From a bacterium (GTDB lineage Bacteria; Patescibacteriota; Doudnabacteria; UBA920): DNA of 64,000 nucleotides. Below, piece by piece: positions 1 to 10,080 of the stretch. Made by a program: the position numbers and the translations under genes. Within the stretch, counting starts at the first letter, position 1. Every line of letters begins with the position of its first letter. Under the pieces are notes generated by a model that made no database searches, had not been told where the DNA came from, and was given only the letters and a program-made list of their open reading frames with translations. Where the stretch lies: positions 837,747 through 901,746 of the forward strand of contig CP064996.1 of the NCBI GenBank assembly GCA_016699995.1, read 5' to 3'.

Positions 1-1605
1 AAGAAATACATTGCTATGCTGTTCACCTAAAGTTACGGGACCAAGCTCATCGCTCATGCCGTATTGAGTGACCAGATTTCTCGCCATGTTGGTAGCAACT
101 TTTAAATCATTGCTGGCGCCGGTAGTAAGCTCTCCATAGACCAATTTTTCTGCCGCATAACCGCCAAGCAGTGCTGCGATTTCGTCCAAAAAACCGGATT
201 TGGTATGTAGGTGCTTGTCTTCCGTTGGAAGCTTCATAGTATAGCCCAAGGCACGGCCGCGGGATAATACAGTAACTTTATGAACCGGGTCAGACTCCGG
301 AAGAACTGCGCCTACTAAAGCGTGCCCGCCTTCATGGTAGGCAGTGCGCTTTTTCTCCGATTCGCTCAGAAGATGGCTCTTGCGAGAAGGGCCCAGCATA
401 ACTTTTTCTATAGCTTCTTTGAGTTCGCCGGTGTCAATTTCTTTCTTATTGGCGCGGGCGGCTAAAATAGCTGCCTCATTGATAACATTCGCCAAATCTG
501 CACCGGAAAAGCCTGGAGTGCGTTCTGCTACCGAACGAAGATCAACATTCTTCGCCATCGGCTTGTTTTTAGAATGGACTTTCAAAATAGCTTCGCGGTC
601 ATTAATGTCCGGCAAGTCTAACATGACTTGTCGGTCAAAACGCCCAGGGCGAAGCAAAGCCGGGTCTAGCACATCCGGACGGTTAGTAGCTGCGACTACA
701 ATGACATTGGTATCAGTCTCAAAACCATCCATCTCTACCAGAATCTGGTTTAGAGTCTGTTCGCGTTCATCGTGGCCGCCGCCAAGGCCTGCGCCGCGCT
801 GGCGACCAACGGCATCAATTTCATCGATAAAGACAATACAAGGAGCATTGCGCTTTGCTTTTTTGAACAAGTCACGGACACGGCTCGCACCGACACCCAC
901 GAACATTTCCACGAATTCAGAACCGGAAATATGGAAAAAAGGAACATTTGCTTCTCCGGCAACCGCGCGAGCCAATAGTGTCTTACCAACACCAGGGCTT
1001 CCAAGCAATAAAACGCCCTTAGGAATCTTTGCACCAAGCGCCAGAAACTTTTGTGGGAATTTTAAGAACTCTACAACTTCCTGCAATTCTTCTTTGGCTT
1101 CACTAGAACCCGCCACATCGGTGAAGCGGACTTTATTCTTCATCTCATCAGAAAGCTTTACCGAGGATTGGCCAAATGTGAGTGCTCTGTTATTAGAGCC
1201 CTGGACTTGGCGCATTAAAAAGTAAATAAACAGAGCAATTAAGATGAAAGGAATCAAAAATGGCAAGATTGTTCCAGCCAATACAGTAGCAAATGAGCTG
1301 TTCTTAAATTCAACTTTCACTTTCCCGATCTGATCTGCAGTCACGCCGCTGTCGATAAAGTACTGGGGAATTTCGGTATTTACACCAATCGCCGAAGATA
1401 GCTTGGTGTCACTGTCTTTAATCTGAGCAGTCAGGGTTCCTGGGCCGACAACAATCTGATCAACCTTCTCTTCCTTAATCAAACTTGTAACTTCGGACAG
1501 AGGTACTTCGCGCACTTTATCGTCATTCATAAAGGCTGCGATCCCTACAGATACAATCAGGAAAACTATTAAAACTAAAATAATATTTTTGACAATCTTA
1601 CCCAT
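1..1605 (-). CDS. ftsH: ATP-dependent zinc metalloprotease FtsH (partial; C-terminal end runs off the window start)
   Basis: Minus-strand translation gives N-terminal TM segment ([18 protein letters not shown]), AAA Walker A ([17 protein letters not shown]) and zinc motif [10 protein letters not shown]; ATG at 1605..1603; no stop inside window. Confidence 0.9.
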   Translation of the reverse strand, partial: MGKIVKNIILVLIVFLIVSVGIAAFMNDDKVREVPLSEVTSLIKEEKVDQIVVGPGTLTAQIKDSDTKLSSAIGVNTEIPQYFIDSGVTADQIGKVKVEFKNSSFATVLAGTILPFLIPFILIALFIYFLMRQVQGSNNRALTFGQSSVKLSDEMKNKVRFTDVAGSSEAKEELQEVVEFLKFPQKFLALGAKIPKGVLLLGSPGVGKTLLARAVAGEANVPFFHISGSEFVEMFVGVGASRVRDLFKKAKRNAPCIVFIDEIDAVGRQRGAGLGGGHDEREQTLNQILVEMDGFETDTNVIVVAATNRPDVLDPALLRPGRFDRQVMLDLPDINDREAILKVHSKNKPMAKNVDLRSVAERTPGFSGADLANVINEAAILAARANKKEIDTGELKEAIEKVMLGPSRKSHLLSESEKKRTAYHEGGHALVGAVLPESDPVHKVTVLSRGRALGYTMKLPTEDKHLHTKSGFLDEIAALLGGYAAEKLVYGELTTGASNDLKVATNMARNLVTQYGMSDELGPVTLGEQHSNVFL

Positions 1606-1620
1606 AAAATAATTTAATGA

Positions 1621-1707
1621 TGGTGCCGGGGAGAGGACTTGAACCTCCACGGTATTGCTACCGCCAGCTCCTAAGGCTGGTGCGTCTGCCAATTTCGCCA
1701 CCCCGGC
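1621..1707 (-). tRNA. tRNA-Leu (anticodon UAG)
   Basis: Cloverleaf with long variable arm; anticodon stem CCAGC/GCTGG, loop CUUAGGA; T-loop GGTTCAAGTCC; discriminator A; CCA encoded. Confidence 0.85.
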
Positions 1708-1750
1708 AAGCTAATAAAATTTAATAACCAGTAGCTACTACTGGTTATAT

Positions 1751-1778
1751 ATTATACTAACATTTTCAGTTTTTTCAA
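1751..1778 (-). promoter_or_regulatory. sigma70-like promoter candidate (TTGAAA, 16-nt spacer, TATAAT) upstream of tRNA-Leu
   Basis: Consensus-like -35/-10 hexamers read on minus strand between pilin paralog stop and tRNA. Confidence 0.3.
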
Positions 1779-1801
1779 ATACCCATAAGTTAACAATTGG
1801 G

Positions 1802-2593
1802 CTATTTATTGGTCAAATAATTGGTCAAAGCTTGAACCACCGCAAAGGATACAACGACTATCACCAAACCGATTAAAGCGTTAACCAAGGTCTTACGGCC
1901 GCTCTTTGCCTGGTCTTCATTGCCGCGTGCTGTCATAAACAGATAACCGCCGTAAATGATCATTATCACCGCTACTATCCCAGCTAAAGATAATAAAGTA
2001 GAAATAACTTGGGTAGCCAGACCGCCTAATGTTCCTTTGCCGGCGACCCCTTCGGAGTTACCGAAAGGATTATCTGGAATACACAATGGGCCTTTGGATG
2101 TGAAACCGCTTGGACAATCGCCGGTTCCAGCTGTATTAGAGCTCTGAGGTTTAGTTCCGCCTGTATTGCCGGTTCCGGTTCCTGTATTCCCCGTCCCAGT
2201 GCCAGTTCCGGTTCCGGTTCCAGTGCTACCACCGGTAATGCTGTTTTTGTTAACGAGCTTAATGTCTTCGTAAGTACTTGGATCTGCCTCGTAAACACTA
2301 CAGTTGGTTTTACCTGTTCGGTCTACTGCATTAAAAATTCCAAAGTCCTGTTCCTTTGGCAAATAAGCTACACATACGCCCTGAAAAGTAGTCGGAACTT
2401 GAGACGGTGCAATCTCCTTAACATCTTTCGCTGTCGAGCACTTACCGGCGGAGTCTGGCCAGCTAACCGCGAATGTTTTGGTATTTAAACAAAACTTCGA
2501 CACATATTGTACCAGAGCCTCAGACCTGTGAGCAGGCACCGCACTGAAGATCAATGCAAAGATAGATACTAAAACCAAGCTGGCTAACTTCAT
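1802..2593 (-). CDS. secreted protein with C-terminal TrbC/VirB2-like pilin domain (paralog 1 of 7); Gly/Thr-rich linker
   Basis: ORF; N-terminal signal peptide MKLASLVLVSIFALIFSAVPA; GTGTGTG linker; C-terminal motif IIYGGYLFMTARGNEDQAKSGRKTLVNALIGLVIVVVSF shared by all seven paralogs; start moved to Met5 of the track ORF. Confidence 0.7.
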   Translation of the reverse strand: MKLASLVLVSIFALIFSAVPAHRSEALVQYVSKFCLNTKTFAVSWPDSAGKCSTAKDVKEIAPSQVPTTFQGVCVAYLPKEQDFGIFNAVDRTGKTNCSVYEADPSTYEDIKLVNKNSITGGSTGTGTGTGTGTGNTGTGTGNTGGTKPQSSNTAGTGDCPSGFTSKGPLCIPDNPFGNSEGVAGKGTLGGLATQVISTLLSLAGIVAVIMIIYGGYLFMTARGNEDQAKSGRKTLVNALIGLVIVVVSFAVVQALTNYLTNK

Positions 2594-2594
2594 A

Positions 2595-3014
2595 CTATCT
2601 CTCATCTATTAAGAATCTATAGGCTACTTGAACAATAACAAACGAAAGAACGACAATCGCTAACCCTATCAAGGCGTTCACCAAAGTGGTTCGTCCCTTC
2701 TTTGCCTGGGCCTCGTCACCTCGAGCGGTGATATAGTAGTATCCTCCAATGATTATAAAGAGTACAGAAATAATTGCCGCGAGATACAACGCATAATCGA
2801 TTATGGTCTTAGCTAAGCTCTGGGGAGTCGCGCCTTTGTCCACGACTGTCTCTGGAAAAACCTCTTTAATATCATTCAAGCCGTCCTGGACTCTGTTCCC
2901 CGAAGAGGAAGTAGGTGTAGCTGCCCGCTGTGCATCGGCAGCAGTGATTGGCATCCAGCCGAACACAACGACTGTTACCAAAGTAAGAAACATGTGAAGC
3001 AATACTTTTTTCAT
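2595..3014 (-). CDS. secreted protein with C-terminal TrbC/VirB2-like pilin domain (paralog 2 of 7)
   Basis: ORF; signal peptide MKKVLLHMFLTLVTVVVFG; C-terminal IIIGGYYYITARGDEAQAKKGRTTLVNALIGLAIVVLSF; start taken at internal Met (3014). Confidence 0.7.
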   Translation of the reverse strand: MKKVLLHMFLTLVTVVVFGWMPITAADAQRAATPTSSSGNRVQDGLNDIKEVFPETVVDKGATPQSLAKTIIDYALYLAAIISVLFIIIGGYYYITARGDEAQAKKGRTTLVNALIGLAIVVLSFVIVQVAYRFLIDER

Positions 3015-3120
3015 ATTGTTGTTTAAAATAATTCCGGAGGGAAAATCATATAATTTTGCCCCCGGAATTATCCCGCATATCAATTCAACCTAAAGGAAAA
3101 ATCTGAATGCGGGAAAAACT

Positions 3121-3624
3121 TTAGCTTCCAAAAATGCCACCGCCGCTGCTGTCGCCAGAAACGAAGCGGTAAACGATTTGAACAATAACGTAAGACAGTA
3201 CGATAATAACCACACCGATCAATGCATTGAAGATTGCGGTACGGCCAGCTTTAGCTCCTTCTTCATTACCACCGGCGAGAATGTATCGGAAACCACCGTA
3301 AATTAAGAAGATAACTGCCAAGATAAAGGCAATTGCTAACGCCCAGTTGATTACAGTCACAAAGATTTCTGCCAAACCGCCTTCATTACAGCGGATACCA
3401 GTTTCTTCTGGACAATCATCAACGAAATCATCTACTAATTGCGCATGACCTACTTGAGGGGCCATCATTAATAACGGCATCAAAGCAATACCGATAGCAG
3501 CAATTGCCTGAACAATTGTAGTTAAATTTAAGTTCTTTAATATTTGTTTCAAATTTCTCACCACCCTTCTGCTTGAGCTTTTAAACTCATATCGCAAAGT
3601 GCGAGTTACTGAGATTCTGGCCAA
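3121..3624 (-). CDS. secreted protein with C-terminal TrbC/VirB2-like pilin domain (paralog 3 of 7)
   Basis: ORF; hydrophobic N-terminal segment; C-terminal LIYGGFRYILAGGNEEGAKAGRTAIFNALIGVVIIVLSY; true start uncertain. Confidence 0.65.
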   Translation of the reverse strand: MARISVTRTLRYEFKSSSRRVVRNLKQILKNLNLTTIVQAIAAIGIALMPLLMMAPQVGHAQLVDDFVDDCPEETGIRCNEGGLAEIFVTVINWALAIAFILAVIFLIYGGFRYILAGGNEEGAKAGRTAIFNALIGVVIIVLSYVIVQIVYRFVSGDSSGGGIFGS

Positions 3625-3671
3625 TAAATCGGCTGGAATTCATTAACCTTATTGTACTATACAGATCGCGA

Positions 3672-4136
3672 TTAGAAAAGCTGATTGTCAACAATCAAAT
3701 TTACAACGATGGTAACTATGGCTGTCGCAATGATTGCCAAGGCCACGCCTCCCAACGTATACATCATCACAGTCTTAGCTTTCTTGATCTGCGCATCGTT
3801 GCCGCGGCCGGTCATATACAAATATCCGCCGTAGATCATGGCTAAAACTGCCCCGATACCGACTACAAAATAAAGCCAGTAAACGATCTTTTTGTAAACC
3901 GCACCTTCGTCGCAATACTTTGGTAGTTCCTTTAGACGGTCTCCGCCGAAACCAGTGCTATATTCATCAATCTGATTCTGCAAACCTTCGCACCCCCAGC
4001 TGTCTACATCATTGCCAGGAGCCGGCGTGGGTGCAGATTGAGCCAAAGCAGATTGGAACAGATTAACTTTCGACGCGCCAATAAAAGCAACAGCTCCGAT
4101 CAAAATTGTCAGTAATAACAAAAATTTTAGTTTCAT
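3672..4136 (-). CDS. secreted protein with C-terminal TrbC/VirB2-like pilin domain (paralog 4 of 7)
   Basis: ORF; signal peptide MKLKFLLLLTILIGAVAFIGA; C-terminal MIYGGYLYMTGRGNDAQIKKAKTVMMYTLGGVALAI. Confidence 0.7.
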   Translation of the reverse strand: MKLKFLLLLTILIGAVAFIGASKVNLFQSALAQSAPTPAPGNDVDSWGCEGLQNQIDEYSTGFGGDRLKELPKYCDEGAVYKKIVYWLYFVVGIGAVLAMIYGGYLYMTGRGNDAQIKKAKTVMMYTLGGVALAIIATAIVTIVVNLIVDNQLF

Positions 4137-4139
4137 ATA

Positions 4140-4994
4140 TTATCTTGCAATAACTCGTTCTATTATCGCCACAATACTAAATGACATTAAGCATACAATC
4201 AACCCGCCGATCGCCCACATCACTGCCTTCTTGCCGTTCGTTAAGCGAGTCTCATTGCCCGAAGACGTAACCATTTGGAAGCCCCCCCAAATAATCACTG
4301 CAACTGCTATCATCGCTGCAAGCATCAGTAAAATATTGATGATGCGAATAATCAACTCGGGCACCGAATCAAATTCCAATGGATTAGAAAATGTGCCAAG
4401 TACAGCATCAAAATCTCCGCCGATCACCTTAACAGAAGAGTCGACGTCAGCACCTCCCCCGCCGGTACCAGAACCGTCGTCATTACCATTGCCGTCTCCG
4501 CTGCCGCCGTCGTCATCATCACCGGTACCTCCACCCCCGCCGCCACCTTCTTGCGGACCTTTGCCGATTTTCAACTTTACAGTTCTTTCCTGATATACGC
4601 TAGAGAAGTCATTGGAACCCAAAGTGTTGTTAGTCTGAAATTTAATGGTATAGTTGCCATTGCCGATACCTAAATTATTTCGCAAGTAAACACTCTTTTC
4701 TGTAGAACCCTGGTTTAGAACGAAGTTATCTGTATTATTGCTCCAGGAATAGGTAAAGCGAGCATTCTTCCCACAAGGATGAAAACCTAAAGAGCTGGCA
4801 GGGACTTTAACATGAACCTGAACCTCGGTGCTTAAATCATCAACCCTTAAATCGATAGAGCCCGTAGGGGCATTAGGATGATAAAGCTTAAAGTCGGCCT
4901 GACAGTTGGATTGGGCAAATATCTTGGTTGGTACTAGCATAGCCGAACCAACATACAGCGCAGCGATAAAGGCAATAATAAATTTATTCAACAT
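4140..4994 (-). CDS. secreted protein with C-terminal TrbC/VirB2-like pilin domain (paralog 5 of 7); Gly/Asp-rich linker
   Basis: ORF; signal peptide; Gly/Asp-rich linker (GGGGGGGTGDDDDGGSGDGNGNDDGSG); C-terminal IIWGGFQMVTSSGNETRLTNGKKAVMWAIGGLIV. Confidence 0.7.
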   Translation of the reverse strand: MLNKFIIAFIAALYVGSAMLVPTKIFAQSNCQADFKLYHPNAPTGSIDLRVDDLSTEVQVHVKVPASSLGFHPCGKNARFTYSWSNNTDNFVLNQGSTEKSVYLRNNLGIGNGNYTIKFQTNNTLGSNDFSSVYQERTVKLKIGKGPQEGGGGGGGTGDDDDGGSGDGNGNDDGSGTGGGGADVDSSVKVIGGDFDAVLGTFSNPLEFDSVPELIIRIINILLMLAAMIAVAVIIWGGFQMVTSSGNETRLTNGKKAVMWAIGGLIVCLMSFSIVAIIERVIAR

Positions 4995-4997
4995 ATT

Positions 4998-5453
4998 TTA
5001 TAGTAAGGACTGAATGATATTGACCAAAGCAAAAGCACTCACAGCCACCACTAAGCCGATGACTGCCCAGGTCAAAGTAGCCTTTGCAGATTTGATCCTC
5101 GATTCATTACCCTGATTGAAGATCAGCATAACTCCTGCGTAGATAATGACTATAGTAGATACCATGGCAATTATCATTAGCAACCAATTGATAAGCTTCG
5201 CGACTAAATCAGAAACATCTCCGCTATTGGAAGGGTTTTTAATGCTTAAAGAACCTTCCCAGTCGACACCATCATAAGTGCGAGCAACATAGCCAGAACC
5301 TTCCTGAGGCTTGGTAGTGGAGGTAGCTGGAGGCTTTACAGTAGAAGTGGCGAGGTCCTTCGGCTTTGGCGGTTCGACCGCGAGCACTTGGACAGGTGCC
5401 AACAAATAAATACTGAAAGAAAGTAATATCAAAATTTTCTTAAGTACTCTCAT
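4998..5453 (-). CDS. secreted protein with C-terminal TrbC/VirB2-like pilin domain (paralog 6 of 7)
   Basis: ORF; signal peptide MRVLKKILILLSFSIYLLAPVQVLA; C-terminal IIYAGVMLIFNQGNESRIKSAKATLTWAVIGLVVAVSAF. Confidence 0.7.
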   Translation of the reverse strand: MRVLKKILILLSFSIYLLAPVQVLAVEPPKPKDLATSTVKPPATSTTKPQEGSGYVARTYDGVDWEGSLSIKNPSNSGDVSDLVAKLINWLLMIIAMVSTIVIIYAGVMLIFNQGNESRIKSAKATLTWAVIGLVVAVSAFALVNIIQSLL

Positions 5454-5457
5454 GATA

Positions 5458-6258
5458 TTAATCAGAATTAATATATTCTCTCGGATTACTGAGGATCAAG
5501 CCCCCATTGCGAATACCAATATTAAGCGAACCTGCAAGAAGGGAGTTAACCAAAACAAACGCAATTGCAACCAACACTAACCCACCCACTGCTCCTCCCA
5601 GCTTTCTTTTTGCTGCTGTGAGCTTAGATTGGTCGCCGCCGTTGAACTGAGAAATGATGATCTGAACCCCTGAGATAATAATAAATAAAACGGCAACCAA
5701 GCCCGCCATCGTAATAAGGTAATTGATGATAATTACCATTGCTCTAAACAGATGAGTGACATTGCATGGAGTATCTACAGTATTACCGCAAATTACAAAA
5801 CCCGACCGGCCGGATTCATCTACATCTTCTCCGGTGTCTTTATCTAAGTTTCCAGGCGGTGGCGTGCCTTCGCCTCCTTGAGGTTTATCCGGAGCCCGAT
5901 AATTATCTTTTATTGCCTTAATCACCGCGGCGCTTGCGCCGGCATCTGTTAAGGCCTTTTCGTCGGCGGAGGTCGGCTTAAAGTCGACTCCAGACTTGTT
6001 AATTTGCTTGATCAGTTCTGCTGCTGGCGGCTTCTTTTCTTTAACCATAGTCAGGACTTTTGACTTAGTCAAAGCCGTACCTGTGTAAGCCTTGCCGGAA
6101 GCTTCTTGAACTTTTGCACCGCCATCCTGCGCTTGAGCCAGCACGTCGCGCGCTGTTCCGGAAGAAATTATTAAAGCAAAAATTAAACACACCGCGGTTA
6201 ACCCCGCTAGCAGAAAAGGCCCGAAACGGCTCTTTAACTTATCATTAATGTACTTCAT
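5458..6258 (-). CDS. secreted protein with C-terminal TrbC/VirB2-like pilin domain (paralog 7 of 7)
   Basis: ORF; N-terminal TM/signal; C-terminal IIISGVQIIISQFNGGDQSKLTAAKRKLGGAVGGLVLVAIAFVLV. Confidence 0.65.
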   Translation of the reverse strand: MKYINDKLKSRFGPFLLAGLTAVCLIFALIISSGTARDVLAQAQDGGAKVQEASGKAYTGTALTKSKVLTMVKEKKPPAAELIKQINKSGVDFKPTSADEKALTDAGASAAVIKAIKDNYRAPDKPQGGEGTPPPGNLDKDTGEDVDESGRSGFVICGNTVDTPCNVTHLFRAMVIIINYLITMAGLVAVLFIIISGVQIIISQFNGGDQSKLTAAKRKLGGAVGGLVLVAIAFVLVNSLLAGSLNIGIRNGGLILSNPREYINSD

Positions 6259-7568
6259 TAAAATAACCTCCCTTGCACCAAGGCGGACGCCTGGCTCTGA
6301 GCTCGGCTTAAGCTGCTATTAACGCTTTGGTTTTTAAACAGAATATTATTTATAGCTTCTCCTATTAATTCATCAAACTTTTCTTCGCTCACTTTATAAA
6401 AAGATTTAGCAGTAAGGTTTGCATGGGCGAAGACACCGATGTCCAAATCCTGGGTTTGCAGTTCTATCAAATCGCGGCGGGAGGATGGCTGCTTATCTTT
6501 GGCGTAATAGGCATCCAAGGCCTGCTTGCTGGTTGCAAATTTTAAGAAGTCCCAAGCATCTGCACTATTTTTACTTTGCTTGCTGACTACTTCTCCAAAA
6601 TAGCTGGCAAAATTCACGTTGGGTTGAGATAGATCAAACTGTGGTACCGGTGCGACATCATAATTTAAGTTTGGAGCCTTTGCATCAATTTGAGACCTAG
6701 TATAACTATAGCCATACAAAAACGCTGCGCGACCATTGGCAAAAGCATCTACCGAATAATCACTTTCCGAATTCCAGGTATAGTTCTGGCTGGACGGATT
6801 GGCAAACGAAGTATAAAACTCCATAGCTTCCACACCCGGATTAACGCTACGTCCATTACGCTGGACACTAGACGCAAAGCGCGGCGTACGACCGTCATTG
6901 GACCAAGGAACAGTGCCAGACTGGAGCATTAACAGGTACACAATATCCACTCCCCGGTTAACATTGTCATGTGTCCCCATTGCTACACCGCTGCGGTCAA
7001 AGTAGCCCTGAGAATTTTGGCTAGAAATTTTTCTCGAATCACGCGCCAGTTCATCCCAGCTTTTGGGCGGGGTGGCAATACCGGCAGTCCCTAATATATC
7101 CTTGTTGTAGTACAAGGCCAGAGAATCAACCCACATAGCAGTGCCGTAAATTTTATCGGCGCGGATAAAATCTGTACTGACCACGTCAACAAAGCCATCT
7201 CTATACTCTTTCATCGTATAAAGCTTATCCGGCGCTGGGGTAACTTTATCTAAATATTCCGGCAGCCAAGTATTATTGATAGAAAAAATATCCGGACCGG
7301 ATCCGCTCGCTAATGCATTCAGAAGATCGCTTTCGTAGTTTTCGATGTTTTTCTTAGTGTACTCGATCGTAACATTCGGCTTAACTTTTTTGTAGGCCTG
7401 AATAAGTGTATTCATCTTGTCGCTGTCAACAAAAGGCTTCCAGATACGAAGCGTTACCTTGCCTGCCTTCTGATTGCCGCCGCCGCAGCCGGCAGAAACC
7501 AAAACTAAACAACCTATCACCAAGGCGAAGGTAAATTTTTTAAAAACAGAGTTTTGATTTTTTTTCAT
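6258..7568 (-). CDS. ABC transporter substrate-binding lipoprotein (extracellular solute-binding protein, family 1-like)
   Basis: ORF 436 aa; signal peptide with lipobox LVSAGC; general solute-binding-protein-like sequence. Confidence 0.7.
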   Translation of the reverse strand: MKKNQNSVFKKFTFALVIGCLVLVSAGCGGGNQKAGKVTLRIWKPFVDSDKMNTLIQAYKKVKPNVTIEYTKKNIENYESDLLNALASGSGPDIFSINNTWLPEYLDKVTPAPDKLYTMKEYRDGFVDVVSTDFIRADKIYGTAMWVDSLALYYNKDILGTAGIATPPKSWDELARDSRKISSQNSQGYFDRSGVAMGTHDNVNRGVDIVYLLMLQSGTVPWSNDGRTPRFASSVQRNGRSVNPGVEAMEFYTSFANPSSQNYTWNSESDYSVDAFANGRAAFLYGYSYTRSQIDAKAPNLNYDVAPVPQFDLSQPNVNFASYFGEVVSKQSKNSADAWDFLKFATSKQALDAYYAKDKQPSSRRDLIELQTQDLDIGVFAHANLTAKSFYKVSEEKFDELIGEAINNILFKNQSVNSSLSRAQSQASALVQGRLF

Positions 7569-7606
7569 TTTTGTTTCTTTTATTTTAAATCACTTCGAAG
7601 GCTTTT

Positions 7607-8503
7607 TTACACCTTTAGATTTTTCAAGAACTCTGCAAATTCATCATGCAAATCGTCATGCTTTAAACCAAATTCCACAACGGCTTTGATGTATTCCAGC
7701 TTGTTGCCACAGTCGTAATACTTGCCATCTTTAACTTCTATCGCATAGCAGTCCTTATTCTGTTCTAATAAGACCTTAACTCCGTCTACATAAACCAGTT
7801 CGCCTGGGGTATTTTGCTGTTCATAACGGCGCATTGCTTCTTCCAAAGCAGGAAAATAATCGGAGGTAAACAGCATTCCAGAGACCACGGCACAATGGTC
7901 ATTTTCCATCGGTTTTCCCGGTTTTTCTATAATTTCTTCTATTTTTAAAGCATTTTCCCCGACTTTCGTACCGGCAGCATAGCCATATCTCTTATAATCA
8001 TCAGGGTTTTTGGCATCCAAGCCAGCCAAAATGGCGCTTCCGCCGTGCTGTTCATATGCCCTGATCAGCTGCTGACTGCGGCTAGGGCTGGCTTCAAAAA
8101 CATCATCCCCCCATAGCACCAAAAATGGCTCATCGCCTATAATATGGCGTGCATTCCAGATAGGAGTCGCATTGCCCAGGGGTCCTTTTTGGCGAACATA
8201 ATAGAAATTAGCCATTTCTGCAATTCGGCGAATTTCTTCTAGTTGTTCGTGCTTTCCGCCCTCTTCTAAACGTTTTTCTAACTCAAACGGGTAGTCAAAA
8301 TGGTCTTCAATATTGCGCTTGTGCCACCCTGTGACTAAAATGATATCTTCGATACCGGCAGAGACAGCGTCTTCCACCACATATTGAATGATTGGTTTGT
8401 CCACTAAAGGCAACATTTCTTTTGGCTGCGCTTTGGTAGCAGGCAAGAATCTGGTTCCGAACCCAGCAACAGGAATTACGGCTTTTCTAACTTTTTTGTG
8501 CAT
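7607..8503 (-). CDS. galU: UTP--glucose-1-phosphate uridylyltransferase
   Basis: N-terminal motif AVIPVAGFGTRFLPATKAQPKEMLPLVDKPIIQYVVEDA typical of GalU. Confidence 0.9.
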   Translation of the reverse strand: MHKKVRKAVIPVAGFGTRFLPATKAQPKEMLPLVDKPIIQYVVEDAVSAGIEDIILVTGWHKRNIEDHFDYPFELEKRLEEGGKHEQLEEIRRIAEMANFYYVRQKGPLGNATPIWNARHIIGDEPFLVLWGDDVFEASPSRSQQLIRAYEQHGGSAILAGLDAKNPDDYKRYGYAAGTKVGENALKIEEIIEKPGKPMENDHCAVVSGMLFTSDYFPALEEAMRRYEQQNTPGELVYVDGVKVLLEQNKDCYAIEVKDGKYYDCGNKLEYIKAVVEFGLKHDDLHDEFAEFLKNLKV

Positions 8504-8524
8504 ATAGTGGTATTATAGCACAAC

Positions 8525-10024
8525 CTAAATGGAATTATTTATACGATATTGTAAACTTTCTGCCAAATGGCTCGATTGAATATCTCTACTCTCCTCCAAA
8601 TCGGCAACCGTACGGGCAACCTTCAATAATCGGTTTATTGCCCGGCCAGATAAGTTGAACTGATCAGCTGCCTTTTGCAATAACTGTTCGCTGTCTGAAT
8701 CAAGTCTGCAAAACTTTTTGATCTCGTCGCCATTCATCTCGCTATTTGTTTTTATGCCCCCGAACCGACGTTGCTGAACACTCCAAGCTTTCTCGACCAA
8801 TCTTCTCATCTCTGCCGAAGTAATTTGGTTATCACTGATACTAAACTCTTCGTATTTTAACCGTGCAACTGTTAAATGCAGATCAATTCTATCCAACAAC
8901 GGACCAGAAATTTTTTTATTGTAACGGAGAACATCTACAACCCGGCAACTGCATACTAACTTTGCATCGCCATAATTTCCGCAATGACAAGGATTCTGAG
9001 CAGTAACCAAAATGAATTTGGCCGGAAAGGTTACAGTACTCCTCGCCCGCGTAATGGTAATACTTCCATCCTCCAACGGCTGGCGCAAAACTTCTAACGC
9101 ATTCCTATCAAATTCGGGCAGTTCGTCCAAAAACAAAACACCATTATGAGCCAAACTTATTTCGCCGGGCCGTGGTTTGGCTCCGCCTCCTATTAATGAC
9201 AGCATCGACGCAGTATGATGCGGCGATCGAAACGGACGGAAACGCATTCTATTGCTACTCTTGCCAGCCAAACTATGCAAATTTGCAGTTTCTATAACTT
9301 CCTCATCAGTAAGCTTAGGAAGTATCCCTGCTAGAGCCCTAGCAAGCATAGTTTTACCACTGCCCGGAGGGCCGACCATCTTGATGTTATGAAAACCGCT
9401 AGCGGCAATTAGCAAAGCTCGCTTAGCAATGCTTTGCCCGGCGATTTTTCCAAAGTCGATTTCTGACTCTAAACGAATTTCTTCTTCCTCATTTAAGCTC
9501 GGGGCGTGTAACTCTGCACCATGCACCAAATGATTTATAACTTCTTTTAAATTTTGAACAGCATATACTTTTACACCCTTAACCAAACAGGCTTCGTGAT
9601 AATTTTCTAAAGGAACGTAAACCTCGCTTAAAGATTGCTGCTTGGCAGCCAAAACCATGGAAAGCACTGCTGTACCTTTGCGTATCCGACCGTCTAGCGA
9701 TAGCTCGCCAATAAACATTTTACCCGATGGCTCAAAGACTATTATGCCGCTGGCCAGCAGTATGGATAAACATATAGGCAGATCAAAATGACTACCGACT
9801 TTTGGAATGTCCCCCGGAGCAAGGTTCACAGATATCCTAGTGGCTGGATAATCATAGCCGGAATTTTTTATTGCCGACCTTACTCTTTCCCGACTCTCTT
9901 GCACTACTGTGTCAAGCAGTCCCACTATGATAGTTGCCGGCAAACCGTTGCTGACGTCAGTTTCTATTTCCACCAGCTTCGCATAATACCCATCGGGAGT
10001 TGCAGTCAAAATTTTCTGAATCAT
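8525..10024 (-). CDS. comM: YifB/ComM family Mg-chelatase-like AAA+ ATPase
   Basis: 499 aa; Walker A GPPGSGKTMLARA; family-typical N-terminal and C-terminal regions. Confidence 0.9.
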   Translation of the reverse strand: MIQKILTATPDGYYAKLVEIETDVSNGLPATIIVGLLDTVVQESRERVRSAIKNSGYDYPATRISVNLAPGDIPKVGSHFDLPICLSILLASGIIVFEPSGKMFIGELSLDGRIRKGTAVLSMVLAAKQQSLSEVYVPLENYHEACLVKGVKVYAVQNLKEVINHLVHGAELHAPSLNEEEEIRLESEIDFGKIAGQSIAKRALLIAASGFHNIKMVGPPGSGKTMLARALAGILPKLTDEEVIETANLHSLAGKSSNRMRFRPFRSPHHTASMLSLIGGGAKPRPGEISLAHNGVLFLDELPEFDRNALEVLRQPLEDGSITITRARSTVTFPAKFILVTAQNPCHCGNYGDAKLVCSCRVVDVLRYNKKISGPLLDRIDLHLTVARLKYEEFSISDNQITSAEMRRLVEKAWSVQQRRFGGIKTNSEMNGDEIKKFCRLDSDSEQLLQKAADQFNLSGRAINRLLKVARTVADLEESRDIQSSHLAESLQYRINNSI

Positions 10025-10080
10025 AAAACCAGCATAACTGCTGGCTGCTCAAAGTCATATCAATTTTATAAAAGCATTTG

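Noticed and set aside
344-1225. 293-aa plus-strand ORF
   Set aside because: Antisense to ftsH, whose minus-strand translation has unmistakable AAA and HEXXH motifs; the plus-strand translation is low-complexity.
2140-2240. GT/GGT-rich microsatellite-like run
   Set aside because: It encodes the Gly/Thr linker (GTGTGTGTG) inside pilin paralog 1; not a CRISPR array or independent tandem repeat element.
4231-4593. 120-aa plus-strand ORF with poly-Pro stretch
   Set aside because: Antisense translation of the Gly-rich linker of pilin paralog 5.
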